Source: an uncultured Candidatus Saccharibacteria bacterium (lineage in GTDB: Bacteria > Patescibacteriota > Saccharimonadia > Saccharimonadales > 2-12-FULL-41-12). Taken from it: a DNA stretch of 64,000 nucleotides. The first letter of the stretch is position 1, and every line of letters begins with the position of its first letter. This document shows positions 1 to 9,162 of this stretch, piece after piece. Made by a program: the position numbers and the translations under genes. The stretch covers positions 224,166 through 288,165 of the forward strand of contig CAZFPJ010000001.1 in NCBI GenBank assembly GCA_964521095.1, written 5' to 3'. Below the pieces are notes generated by a model. It worked only from the letters and a program-made list of their open reading frames with translations. It did not search any database and was not told the origin of the DNA.

Positions 1-728
1 CTGTCGGCATAGTCGGCTCGCGCAAAGTCAGCACTTACGGACGCCGGGTTACTCAAAATTTTGCCTACGAATTATCCAAAAGTGGGGTAGTAGTCGTTAG
101 CGGGCTTGCCTTGGGAGTAGACAGCATCGCCCACAGAGCAACTCTGGACGCAAAAGGTTCGACTATTGCTGTCTTGCCGTGTGGCATAGAGTCTATATAT
201 CCAGCCTCTCATGTGGGTCTAGCAGAGCAAATTTTGGATAGAGGCACACTAATAAGCGAATATCCTGCAAGCGAACGCCCCATGAAACACTACTTTATTG
301 GGCGCAACCGTATTATCGCTGCCCTGAGCGACATACTCATTATTACCGAAGCAGCCGAAAAAAGTGGCTCCTTGCACACAGCAAACTTTGCCTTAGACCT
401 AGGCAAGCCCGTCTTTGCCATACCTGGCAACATAGATAGTCCTACTAGTGCCGGGACCAATCAGCTAATCCGATCTGGCGCCATACCAGCTCTTAGCCCC
501 AAAGATGTCCTTGAAGAACTGGGCATAAAAGATACAGACAGAACAGCCTACATACCAGAAAATGAACACGAAAAAGAGATTCTTACAGCTATTGGCAAAG
601 GTGTCCACGAGACCAACCTGCTGGCCAATAATTCTAATCTGCCCCTAAATATACTGCAACAACAACTAACACTCCTAGAAATCAAGGGCGTCATCAGAGC
701 AGAAGCCGGACGATGGTACATTATATGA
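1..728 (+). CDS. dprA: DNA processing protein DprA/Smf (5-prime partial, reading frame starts at base 3)
   Basis: The frame stays open to the window edge (VGIVGSRKVSTYGRRV...SGLALGVDSIAH...NRIIAALSD...GSLHTA). These are typical DprA Rossmann-domain motifs. It lies upstream of topA, as in many bacteria. Confidence 0.85.
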   Translation, partial: VGIVGSRKVSTYGRRVTQNFAYELSKSGVVVVSGLALGVDSIAHRATLDAKGSTIAVLPCGIESIYPASHVGLAEQILDRGTLISEYPASERPMKHYFIGRNRIIAALSDILIITEAAEKSGSLHTANFALDLGKPVFAIPGNIDSPTSAGTNQLIRSGAIPALSPKDVLEELGIKDTDRTAYIPENEHEKEILTAIGKGVHETNLLANNSNLPLNILQQQLTLLEIKGVIRAEAGRWYII

Positions 729-811
729 ATTACACGCGGGGGCCCTATTGCAATCAAAAACAAAACCGCGTAGTCTGTAAGTTTAACCGCTAAAGCTGTA
801 TTATTAGACAA

Positions 812-3103
812 ATGAGTAAACCAAACCTAGTCATAGTAGAAAGTCCTGCAAAGGCTCGTACTATCGAGAAATACCTCGGTAGCGACTACTCCGTCAAAAG
901 TAGCTTTGGTCATATCCGTGACTTGCCAAAAAAAGGTCTATCTATAGACAAAGAAAATGATTTTACACCAAAATACGAAATTAGTGACGACAAGAAAAAA
1001 GTTGTCAGCGAATTAAAAAAACTTGCTAAAACAGCTCAGACAGTCTGGCTGGCCAGTGATGAAGACCGCGAAGGAGAAGCTATTGCTTGGCACCTGTGTG
1101 AAGCGCTGGGCCTCGACAAAAAGCAAACCAAACGGATTGTCTTTCACGAGATTACTAAACCAGCTATTGAGCACGCCATTAAAAATCCCCGAACAATAGA
1201 CGAAAATTTGGTTGATGCCCAACAAGCTCGTCGCGTATTAGATCGTTTAGTAGGATACGAGCTCTCTCCCGTACTATGGAAGAAAGTAAAAACTGGCCTT
1301 AGCGCTGGACGCGTCCAATCTGTAGCAGTTCGTCTAATCGTCGATCGAGAACGAGAAATTGCCGATTTTACAGCATCGTCCAGATTTAAAGTATCGGCCT
1401 TATTCAAAGCAAGTCAGGAAGAAATTAAAGCAGAGCTCAGCAAGCCTCTGCCCGATGAAGCTCAATCTACAGACTTCCTAGAACGCATAAAAAATAGCAA
1501 ATTTACTGTTTCGGACATCTCTAAAAAATCTGCTATACGCAACCCAAGCCCGCCATTTACAACTAGTAGCCTCCAGCAAGAAGCGGCCACCAAATTAGGT
1601 TTTAGCGTCAAACAAACCATGGCAGTTGCTCAGCGCCTATACGAAAACGGCCATATAACCTATATGCGTACTGACAGCACCAACCTATCGGCTACAGCCA
1701 TATCCGGTGCAGAACAATATATCAAAAAAAATCTGGGCGACCAGTATCACCAAGCTAGACAATACAAGACTAAAAACGCTGGCGCCCAAGAAGCTCACGA
1801 AGCAATCCGCCCGAGTAATTTTGCCATCAAAGACGCTGGCGACGATGCCACGCAAGTAAAGCTGTATAATCTTATCTGGCGACGAGCCGTGGCGAGTCAG
1901 ATGGCCAGCACAAAAATAGAGCGAACCGAACTGACTATAGACATCAGCGGACAGCCAGAAACTTTTATAGCAAAAGGGGAAATAGTAGTCTTTGACGGAT
2001 ATCAAAAAGTCTATGGTACTGGCAAAGAAGACACTGTATTGCCAATTATCAATCAGGGAGATGTCTTACCTCTAATAAGCGCCACGGCAATCCAATCTTT
2101 TGGTAGACCACCAGCTCGCTACTCCGAGGCATCTCTGGTTAAAAAACTTGAGGAATTAGGCATCGGTAGACCCAGCACCTATGCCCCAACTATATCGACC
2201 ATTCAGGCAAGAAAATACATCGAAAAGAGTGACTCCGAGGGCAAAGAGAGAGAATTGATTAATGTCACCCTCAAAGACAGCAAAATCAATAGACAAATCA
2301 CCACCGAGACAACAGGGGTGGAGCGCAACAAACTACTACCCACTCACCTGGCAGATATTGCTACCGACTTTTTAGTAAAATATTTCAACCAAATTGTAGA
2401 CTATGACTTTACCGCCAAAGCCGAAGCCGACTTTGACAAGATAGCCAAAGGGGACCAAAAGTGGAATGCCGTAATCAAGGCCTTCTACAAAGACTTTCAC
2501 CCCTTGATCGAAAATTCGGCCACAGTTAGTCGACAAGAAACCAGTAAAGCCAGAACCTTAGGCGAAGACCCAAAGACAAAGAAGCCCATCATCGCCAGAT
2601 ACGGCCGATATGGCGGTATGTTGCAAAAAGGCGAGGTTGAGTCCGAAGAGAAGCCAGCATTCGCAACCCTGCCCGAAGGCGCCACCGTAGAAACCGTCAC
2701 TCTAGAGCAAGCCCTCGAGATGTTTAAGCTACCAAGGGAAGTCGGCACAACCGAGGATGGCGACATCATAAAAGCCAACATCGGTCGGTTTGGGCCGTAT
2801 ATACAGATCAACAAACTCTTTGTGTCTATTAAGCCACTCGACCCGTTGTCTATAACCGAAAAAGAGGCTCGCGAGCTATACAAAGAAAAGCTCCAAAAAG
2901 AAGCCGACAAGCTCATAAAGCAATTTGACGACAACATCACTATTATCAAAGGTCCTTACGGTCCATACATAACCGATGGCAAGAAAAACGCTCGCATACC
3001 AAAAGAAACAAAACCAGAGGACATAGATCTTAAAACAGCCAAAGAACTACTCGCCAAAGCCCCCGCAAAGAGCAAACGCCGATCTCGTCGCTCTAGCAAA
3101 TAA
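812..3103 (+). CDS. topA: DNA topoisomerase I (type IA)
   Basis: 763 aa. TOPRIM N-terminus (LVIVESPAKARTIEKYLG, DEDREGE) and active-site region (ITYMRTDS). The C-terminus has Cys-less GxxGPY repeats and a basic tail. Confidence 0.95.
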   Translation: MSKPNLVIVESPAKARTIEKYLGSDYSVKSSFGHIRDLPKKGLSIDKENDFTPKYEISDDKKKVVSELKKLAKTAQTVWLASDEDREGEAIAWHLCEALGLDKKQTKRIVFHEITKPAIEHAIKNPRTIDENLVDAQQARRVLDRLVGYELSPVLWKKVKTGLSAGRVQSVAVRLIVDREREIADFTASSRFKVSALFKASQEEIKAELSKPLPDEAQSTDFLERIKNSKFTVSDISKKSAIRNPSPPFTTSSLQQEAATKLGFSVKQTMAVAQRLYENGHITYMRTDSTNLSATAISGAEQYIKKNLGDQYHQARQYKTKNAGAQEAHEAIRPSNFAIKDAGDDATQVKLYNLIWRRAVASQMASTKIERTELTIDISGQPETFIAKGEIVVFDGYQKVYGTGKEDTVLPIINQGDVLPLISATAIQSFGRPPARYSEASLVKKLEELGIGRPSTYAPTISTIQARKYIEKSDSEGKERELINVTLKDSKINRQITTETTGVERNKLLPTHLADIATDFLVKYFNQIVDYDFTAKAEADFDKIAKGDQKWNAVIKAFYKDFHPLIENSATVSRQETSKARTLGEDPKTKKPIIARYGRYGGMLQKGEVESEEKPAFATLPEGATVETVTLEQALEMFKLPREVGTTEDGDIIKANIGRFGPYIQINKLFVSIKPLDPLSITEKEARELYKEKLQKEADKLIKQFDDNITIIKGPYGPYITDGKKNARIPKETKPEDIDLKTAKELLAKAPAKSKRRSRRSSK

Positions 3104-3178
3104 TTATTAATGCACATATTGGACATTAGTGTTGATTTAGTGATACAATATACCTAAGTAAAAAAGAGAGGGAACTGT

Positions 3179-3207
3179 TTGACTATAGCTAATTTTAGTG
3201 TTATAAT
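3179..3207 (+). promoter_or_regulatory. Sigma-70-type promoter TTGACT-17-TATAAT
   Basis: TTGACT at 3179-3184, a 17-nt spacer, and TATAAT at 3202-3207. It sits 55 nt upstream of the 3262 start. Confidence 0.5.
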
Positions 3208-3261
3208 TATGCTAATAGTTAACCGTTTACACTGAGTAATTAGGCAAGGAAGCACGACTAT

Positions 3262-4290
3262 ATGACACAAAAGCAAATAGAAGAAGCAATCAAAGCCATC
3301 CTGGCGAGTATCGACCGTGAACGCGAACGCGAGATAGTTGCACGGCGCTACGGACTCTTTGAGCGTCGAGAAACCCTAGAACAAATAGGGGAGCTACTTG
3401 GAATTACCCGTGAACGAGTCCGTCAGCTAGAAAAAGCTGTCGTAACCAAGCTAAGAGAAGCATCTTCAAAGGGCGACATAGCGCCCATAAACGAGTTCGA
3501 CAAGCAATTGACAGATTCACTAGCCGAACTAGGTAATGTAGCTCGCGTGTCTACAATTGTGGAGCATCTAATCGGCAAAAAGGGAACCAAGGTTGACGAA
3601 TCAAGAATAGCCTTTATAGCTGACCTAGCTCCTAGCGTTAGCCTCATTTCTGACAACGATCACTACTACCAGTCTGTGTCTATCACAAAAATACACGATG
3701 ACAAGAGTGTCCAGAAGCAAGTAGCCAAACTAGTAGATACCATCAAATCACTCGGAGAACCGCATCCTATCGAAAAAATCACCGAGGTCGCTGGCCACAC
3801 AGACGCCAAGCATGTAGCCGCTCTTTCTAGCACTTCTAAAAACCTAGCTACCTTGGGTGGAGTATGGGGTTTGGTCAAATGGCCAACAGTTAACCCAAAA
3901 AATATTCGCGACAAGATTTATGTTGTACTGCAACAAAATGGCAATCATATGCACTTCAATGAGATCGCCAAATCTATTAAAGACTCCGACTTTAAACGCA
4001 AAGATGTAACAACTCAGGCAATCCATAACGAACTTATCAAAGACAAGCGCTTTGTGTTGGTAGGTCGTGGGATATACGCTCTTAAAGAGTGGGGCTACAA
4101 AAAGGGCACCGTTGCCGACATCATCACCGATGTATTAAAAAAGGCCAACAAGCCCTTGCATCGCGACGATATTGTCCAAGAAGTCCTAAAAAGTCGTTAT
4201 GTCAAAGAAACTACAATACTTTTGAACCTACAGGGCAAAGACCAATTTAAACGAGTTGCCAAAGCAACCTACGAACTCCAAGAAGCCTAA
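3262..4290 (+). CDS. Sigma-70 region-4-like HTH protein with C-terminal HARE-HTH-like winged helix
   Basis: N-terminus RRYGL..TLEQIGELLGITRERVRQLEKAVVTKL matches the sigma region 4 pattern. C-terminus HFNEIAKSI...RFVLVGRGIYALKEW resembles a HARE-HTH/RpoE-delta-like domain. Confidence 0.6.
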   Translation: MTQKQIEEAIKAILASIDREREREIVARRYGLFERRETLEQIGELLGITRERVRQLEKAVVTKLREASSKGDIAPINEFDKQLTDSLAELGNVARVSTIVEHLIGKKGTKVDESRIAFIADLAPSVSLISDNDHYYQSVSITKIHDDKSVQKQVAKLVDTIKSLGEPHPIEKITEVAGHTDAKHVAALSSTSKNLATLGGVWGLVKWPTVNPKNIRDKIYVVLQQNGNHMHFNEIAKSIKDSDFKRKDVTTQAIHNELIKDKRFVLVGRGIYALKEWGYKKGTVADIITDVLKKANKPLHRDDIVQEVLKSRYVKETTILLNLQGKDQFKRVAKATYELQEA

Positions 4291-4320
4291 GAAACTCAAC
4301 AAAAGCCCCTCAAAATACAA

Positions 4321-4554
4321 GTGAAGCCTCACGAGAAAACACCACCATTAGAGCCCATAATGTCTAGCGCACCAGAGCAGATCGGACAAACAGCCATATC
4401 TCTGGCTCAGGCAAAAACTAACTTACCATTTGCTTATAGATTGCCAACTATACGCAACCAGGCCAGTGAAGGGCAGGTAGTCAACACTAATCCACCTCTG
4501 GCACACATACCTCACCACCGCTTTGGTGACCGCCTAAACAAGAATAAAGACTAA
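4321..4554 (+). CDS. Hypothetical small protein (weak call; GTG start, alternative ATG at 4360)
   Basis: It is the only ORF in a 280-bp gap. It has no recognisable motif. Confidence 0.25.
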   Translation: MKPHEKTPPLEPIMSSAPEQIGQTAISLAQAKTNLPFAYRLPTIRNQASEGQVVNTNPPLAHIPHHRFGDRLNKNKD

Positions 4555-4569
4555 CCCTACACAACTACT

Positions 4570-5301
4570 ATGGAAAAATGGGAAGTCATACCATCGGTTA
4601 GTACAGCAACCGGCCCAACAGGGGCGGGAAGAATGCCGATGGGGGAGTTTTTAGGCAGATTTTATCCAGATATAGAAAATCCAGTTATAGACATTGATAT
4701 AGATGCTGTCCAGCAGGCTATAGGTACCCTCAACATCGCTCCCGACGCCACTCCTGCAACCATACGACTAGAAATAGCCCCTTATATAGATCCGTTCACT
4801 GAAAGTGGCATACGCGGGACTATGGGCTTTGCCAGGCCAAACAAAGACGGCGAAGCAGACTCCGAGATAAAAATTGGCTTAGGAGAGTTAACTCAAGAAG
4901 GTATGGGCATATACTCTGACAAAGATCGTCAAGTAACTGTTGTGCACGAATTACAACACGCGGTAGATTTTGCGAGCCCGTCAATCATGAACAAACATGG
5001 CAAGTTCAAAGAGGCATACAAAGAACTAAAGCTCCATGCGCCCTATGATCCACGCCGCCTGATGCTAACTGGCATCATAAAGTTTGTAAATACTGTCGAT
5101 AAGATCGTTAAAGATGCCAAAACTCCTGATAACCCCTACACCTATCAGGAGATACAACTATACAAGCAGGCCCAAGATGTCTACTACAAATCTCCCCTAG
5201 AAAAACGAGCCCGCAAGGCTTCCAAGATAGCAAAAAAGATCCCCCAGATCATTGGCGTATCTAATCAACTATCTGACGAACAAAACACGAACATCGAATA
5301 A
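4570..5301 (+). CDS. Hypothetical protein with HExxH motif (possible zinc metallopeptidase)
   Basis: 243 aa. VVHELQHAVDF is encoded at 4945-4959. No other family signature was recognised. Confidence 0.55.
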   Translation: MEKWEVIPSVSTATGPTGAGRMPMGEFLGRFYPDIENPVIDIDIDAVQQAIGTLNIAPDATPATIRLEIAPYIDPFTESGIRGTMGFARPNKDGEADSEIKIGLGELTQEGMGIYSDKDRQVTVVHELQHAVDFASPSIMNKHGKFKEAYKELKLHAPYDPRRLMLTGIIKFVNTVDKIVKDAKTPDNPYTYQEIQLYKQAQDVYYKSPLEKRARKASKIAKKIPQIIGVSNQLSDEQNTNIE

Positions 5302-5473
5302 TTGATAAAATTTGTAATAAAATACAAAATCAATATAATCCCACGCAAGTCTAAGAACTAGAAGACAGTAGGGCAACAAGCAAATAAAACAAACTTTGGT
5401 TAAATTTTAAAAATAAATCAAAAACTACAAGCAGAGCAGTGATACAGCAGGTCTTCTGGAGATATAAACATCA

Positions 5474-5501
5474 TGTCGCACAATGTATATTTTACGACTT
5501 T
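5474..5501. other. dif-like 11-6-11 imperfect palindrome (candidate Xer recombination site)
   Basis: ATGTCGCACAA-TGTATA-TTTTACGACTT. The arms match 8/11 as an inverted repeat. The central hexamer is identical to that of E. coli dif. The site lies at the point where gene orientation converges. Confidence 0.35.
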
Positions 5502-5531
5502 AATATATGTTTCATAGATGATAACCAATAC

Positions 5532-5552
5532 CTCCCCGGCTAGGGGAGTTTT
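5532..5552 (+). terminator. Rho-independent-like terminator hairpin
   Basis: CTCCCC-ggcta-GGGGAG followed by TTTT. It is about 230 nt downstream of the 4570..5301 ORF. Confidence 0.4.
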
Positions 5553-5872
5553 AGTCTGTTACGCCAAAAATTCCTCGTCGCTTAAGACCAAAGCCCTCTG
5601 TGTAAACTAGCACATGGATATCCTCATGCACTCCTTAGTTACTGCCCCCGTAGCTATAGGTGCTATGTCGCTAAATAGTTTTCCACAATGTGGATTTGCA
5701 TTTTCACGCTTTTCACAGCCTTGTAATATTTTTTACATATCCCCTGCTTTTGCCGCCCTACTCTCAATATTTTGACTTTTGGGTTATTAAATTGTTTTAA
5801 TATGTTTTTTTGTTTTTTCTACTCATCTACACAATGCGAACAAAAAACGAACTAGGAGAGGAGAGTGGGGTG

Positions 5873-6766
5873 CTATTTTACAAAAGCTCGTTCTGGAACC
5901 CTTATGTCGATATACTCGCTTGGCTGAATTTGATCGTTCTCTAGCCTCTCTCTTATAGCAAAGAAGGTGCCTATCCCCTGCCTAGCATCTGTCTTGAGAT
6001 TAAATTTTACGAAATACTTATCTTGGTCAAAGCGAACTCGTATCTCTGTACCTGCAGGCTGGAGCTCTATCTGACTAATCTTTATGTTTTTAGCCTCTGA
6101 TTGCCTATACAACTGCTTAACATATGCAATCTGCTCTGTGGTTAGGGCTGGCTTGCCTAAAGACAATGAGGTTGACGAAGTGTCTACAATAACTGGCAAA
6201 TCACTTACCGACAATGTTGGTGCTTTATCGTTCAAGTCACACAGGACTCGCCCATTGCTCCCTATAATATATGTGGCATTGTTACTGCTAACCAGCGCTT
6301 CGGGTTCTGCCATCATAAATTTAACCCTTGGTTTGTGTTGCAGAAACGGAGTCGTAACTACAATTTCTTGCAATTCGGGGAATTCTGCTTCTATTTGCTC
6401 TGATAGCTTTTGGTTATTAATTGTTGGCTTAAGTCTATTCCAAATAGAGGAGTTTAGCTTATTATCTATACTTTTTTGATACTCTGCTCCGTCCCTTACA
6501 AAAGCTTGTTCGCCGACGATATCTAGCTGAGCATGGGTATCCAAAACAATACTCCTGACAAATATAGCTAACAAGACGACTCCACACAACACATACGGTA
6601 GCCTCTTGACCCACAACCTAGAAGTTTGACGAGGATCCTCAGTAGCTCCCCTGCCGAAAAGCCTATCTCTGGAGTTCCTAGACGATCGATAAGAGAACAC
6701 TGGTTGCTTTTTCTGCTTTGACGACCTCAGGAGTCTGGCGCTATGTTTATTGTGTTTCAACTTCAA
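5873..6766 (-). CDS. ftsQ: Cell division protein FtsQ/DivIB-like (POTRA)
   Basis: 297 aa with a basic N-terminus, one TM segment and an extracytoplasmic domain. It is the last gene of the dcw cluster. Its TTG start overlaps the murG stop (TTGA). Confidence 0.65.
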   Translation of the reverse strand: MKLKHNKHSARLLRSSKQKKQPVFSYRSSRNSRDRLFGRGATEDPRQTSRLWVKRLPYVLCGVVLLAIFVRSIVLDTHAQLDIVGEQAFVRDGAEYQKSIDNKLNSSIWNRLKPTINNQKLSEQIEAEFPELQEIVVTTPFLQHKPRVKFMMAEPEALVSSNNATYIIGSNGRVLCDLNDKAPTLSVSDLPVIVDTSSTSLSLGKPALTTEQIAYVKQLYRQSEAKNIKISQIELQPAGTEIRVRFDQDKYFVKFNLKTDARQGIGTFFAIRERLENDQIQPSEYIDIRVPERAFVK

Positions 6767-7929
6767 GAAATATCTCCAGCGCTACGGGCTTGCTTGATTA
6801 ACAAATCACTTAATAAATCGGTTGCGCCATCAGGCACTAGTTTGTGTAAATTATTACCAAGTTGAGTACGCATCTTGGCATCGGTTAGCAAACTATCTAC
6901 CGTATTTTTTAGTTCGTCTCCAGATAAAATTTGATTCTCCTCTAGCACTATGGCTCCACTGGCTTTTTCTAGAATTCTAGCATTGTGTAGTTGATGCCCG
7001 CCCGTCAAATACGGGTTTGGCACTATTATGCAGGCCTTAGCTTGGACTGCAAATTCAGTAATAGCCGTTGCTCCAGCACGAGCAACTATAATATCTGATG
7101 CAGTAGAGTAAAGTGACATTGGACTCAAGAACGAAGACGCCAAAACTCTAGGCCTATATTTTGCATCAATATTCTTATACACATCCTCGTTGTCTTTACC
7201 TGTCTGATGTATAACAAACAAATCTTTGTGTTGCTTGAGAATATCCGGAATAATGCGACTAACCCCAGAATCTAGACGCTGAGCACCGTTACTCCCCCCG
7301 GTAATGAGCATTATCTTTGATTTTTTGGCATAGCCAAGTTTTTGCTTGGCTGAGGCCATGTCGGACGAAGTTACTTTTGTAAAATCTTTACCGACTGGGA
7401 CACCGACAAAAACTATCTTATCTTTGCTATAACCATAGTTCTCTACGGGCATGCCAACGGCATTAACCCGAGCCTTTTTACCAATAATCCTATTAGTTAG
7501 GCCAGCGATAGCGTCTGAGTCATGAGTGATGTACGGCACTCTCAATATTCCGGCAGCCAGCCCAATTGGAACACCAACAAAACCACCTTTTATAAAAATA
7601 ATATCGGGCTTTTCTTGCCTCAAAAGTCGTAGACTCTGAATAAATCCTCTTGCCAAACGGAATATATCACGAATATTCAAAAGAATAGTTTTTATATCCA
7701 AGCTCTTAGCAATGGATTGTCCATGATAACGACGCAATTTGCCTGCCGAGATAGTATAGGCTCTATCGATCCCAGCACTATCTATATCGATAATGGACGA
7801 GAACTTGCCCCCTTTTTCGGAGACAATAGACAGATAGATGTCAGGCTGTTTCTTGCGTAGTCTATCAGCGACCGCCAGAAGTGGCGTAATATGTCCGCCG
7901 CTTCCCCCGCCGACCAGCATAATTTTCAT
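6763..7929 (-). CDS. murG: UDP-N-acetylglucosamine--N-acetylmuramyl-(pentapeptide) pyrophosphoryl-undecaprenol GlcNAc transferase
   Basis: MKIMLVGGGSGGHITPLLAVA N-terminus, the GGSNGAQ region, and dcw context. Confidence 0.9.
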   Translation of the reverse strand: MKIMLVGGGSGGHITPLLAVADRLRKKQPDIYLSIVSEKGGKFSSIIDIDSAGIDRAYTISAGKLRRYHGQSIAKSLDIKTILLNIRDIFRLARGFIQSLRLLRQEKPDIIFIKGGFVGVPIGLAAGILRVPYITHDSDAIAGLTNRIIGKKARVNAVGMPVENYGYSKDKIVFVGVPVGKDFTKVTSSDMASAKQKLGYAKKSKIMLITGGSNGAQRLDSGVSRIIPDILKQHKDLFVIHQTGKDNEDVYKNIDAKYRPRVLASSFLSPMSLYSTASDIIVARAGATAITEFAVQAKACIIVPNPYLTGGHQLHNARILEKASGAIVLEENQILSGDELKNTVDSLLTDAKMRTQLGNNLHKLVPDGATDLLSDLLIKQARSAGDIS

Positions 7930-9151
7930 TACTGCTCTCTCCTGTTGTTACATTGCGTACTGGTGCAAAACTAGTATACCGTGATATCTGAAAAACTATA
8001 CCCAAAGCCCCCATGACAAACACCAAACTAGTTCCCCCGTAGCTAATAAAAGGCAGTGTTATTCCTTTTAGAGGCAGAAGCCCTATCATGGCTCCAATAT
8101 TGATCATTGCCTGCACGCTCACCCAAGTAAGAACGCCCGCAACTACCAATCTAGAAAACAGATCTGAACTATGTATAATTATTTTCCTAAACCTGGCAAA
8201 AAGCCACATATACAGTGTTATCACCAAGCTAACACCTACAAACCCAAATTTTTCGGCAATGACTGCAAATACCGAATCGTTAGCGGCTTCCGGCAGATAT
8301 CCATAGGCCTGCACGCTTTTGCCTAGGCCCAGCCCAAACATGCCACCACTTCCAACTGCTATCATTGCCTGGCAGGCCTGATACCCGCTAGCCTGACAAT
8401 CTGCCGATGGGTTCAAAAATGTCTCTACTCGTTGCCGTCTGTAACTACTAGTAGAGATTGCCAGCAACAACCCGATCGCAATGACGCCAAAAACTAACAA
8501 TATACGACCAACAGGCAACCCTGCCGTAAAAGACATAACCATAATAATGGCTACCATAACTCCGGTAGAGCCCAGATCGCTCTCTAAAACCGACACAACT
8601 AATCCAATCAATGCCATTAGGATCAACAGAGGCCTAAGGGTCTTACTGGTCGAACTCATAGAGTCAGAATTAACTCTATCAACCAAAAATACAGCCAAGC
8701 CAATAACCAAAGCTAGCTTTATAAGCTCTGCCACCTGAAACGACATCCCCCCCGCCTGAATCCAGCGCGAAGCACCGTTCACCTCACTGCCAAACAGTTG
8801 AACAGCACCCGCAGAGATTAGTGCAGAGATAGCAAGAGCTTTCCAACTCCTCTTCCAGGCATCAATAGGCACGAAGCTACATATACCAAAGACTATCAAT
8901 CCAAGCAAAATAGCTACCACCTGCTTGCCTGTAAAGTAGTTCTCGCCTACATTACGAGAAGCCGCTAGCCCAGGGCTAATAGAGTACACAACGACCAACC
9001 CTATGCCAAGCAAGGCTAAGCATAGTATCAATAACATATAATCTGGCCGGTGTTTTCGTGACAAAACCCTACTATCCCCCGCCCTAGACGGAGCTACTTG
9101 TCTATTTGGACGAGCCAGCTTGCTTGGTTTTCTGCCACGATGACTAAACAT
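7865..9151 (-). CDS. ftsW: SEDS-family peptidoglycan polymerase FtsW
   Basis: 428 aa and polytopic. SEDS motifs are present (SEVNGASRWI, LPEAANDSVFAVIAEKFG, GITLPFISYGGTS). There is an AGGTGAGG RBS before the ATG. The 3-prime end overlaps murG by 65 nt. Confidence 0.85.
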   Translation of the reverse strand: MFSHRGRKPSKLARPNRQVAPSRAGDSRVLSRKHRPDYMLLILCLALLGIGLVVVYSISPGLAASRNVGENYFTGKQVVAILLGLIVFGICSFVPIDAWKRSWKALAISALISAGAVQLFGSEVNGASRWIQAGGMSFQVAELIKLALVIGLAVFLVDRVNSDSMSSTSKTLRPLLILMALIGLVVSVLESDLGSTGVMVAIIMVMSFTAGLPVGRILLVFGVIAIGLLLAISTSSYRRQRVETFLNPSADCQASGYQACQAMIAVGSGGMFGLGLGKSVQAYGYLPEAANDSVFAVIAEKFGFVGVSLVITLYMWLFARFRKIIIHSSDLFSRLVVAGVLTWVSVQAMINIGAMIGLLPLKGITLPFISYGGTSLVFVMGALGIVFQISRYTSFAPVRNVTTGESSNENYAGRRGKRRTYYATSGGR

Positions 9152-9162
9152 ACCTCACCTCT

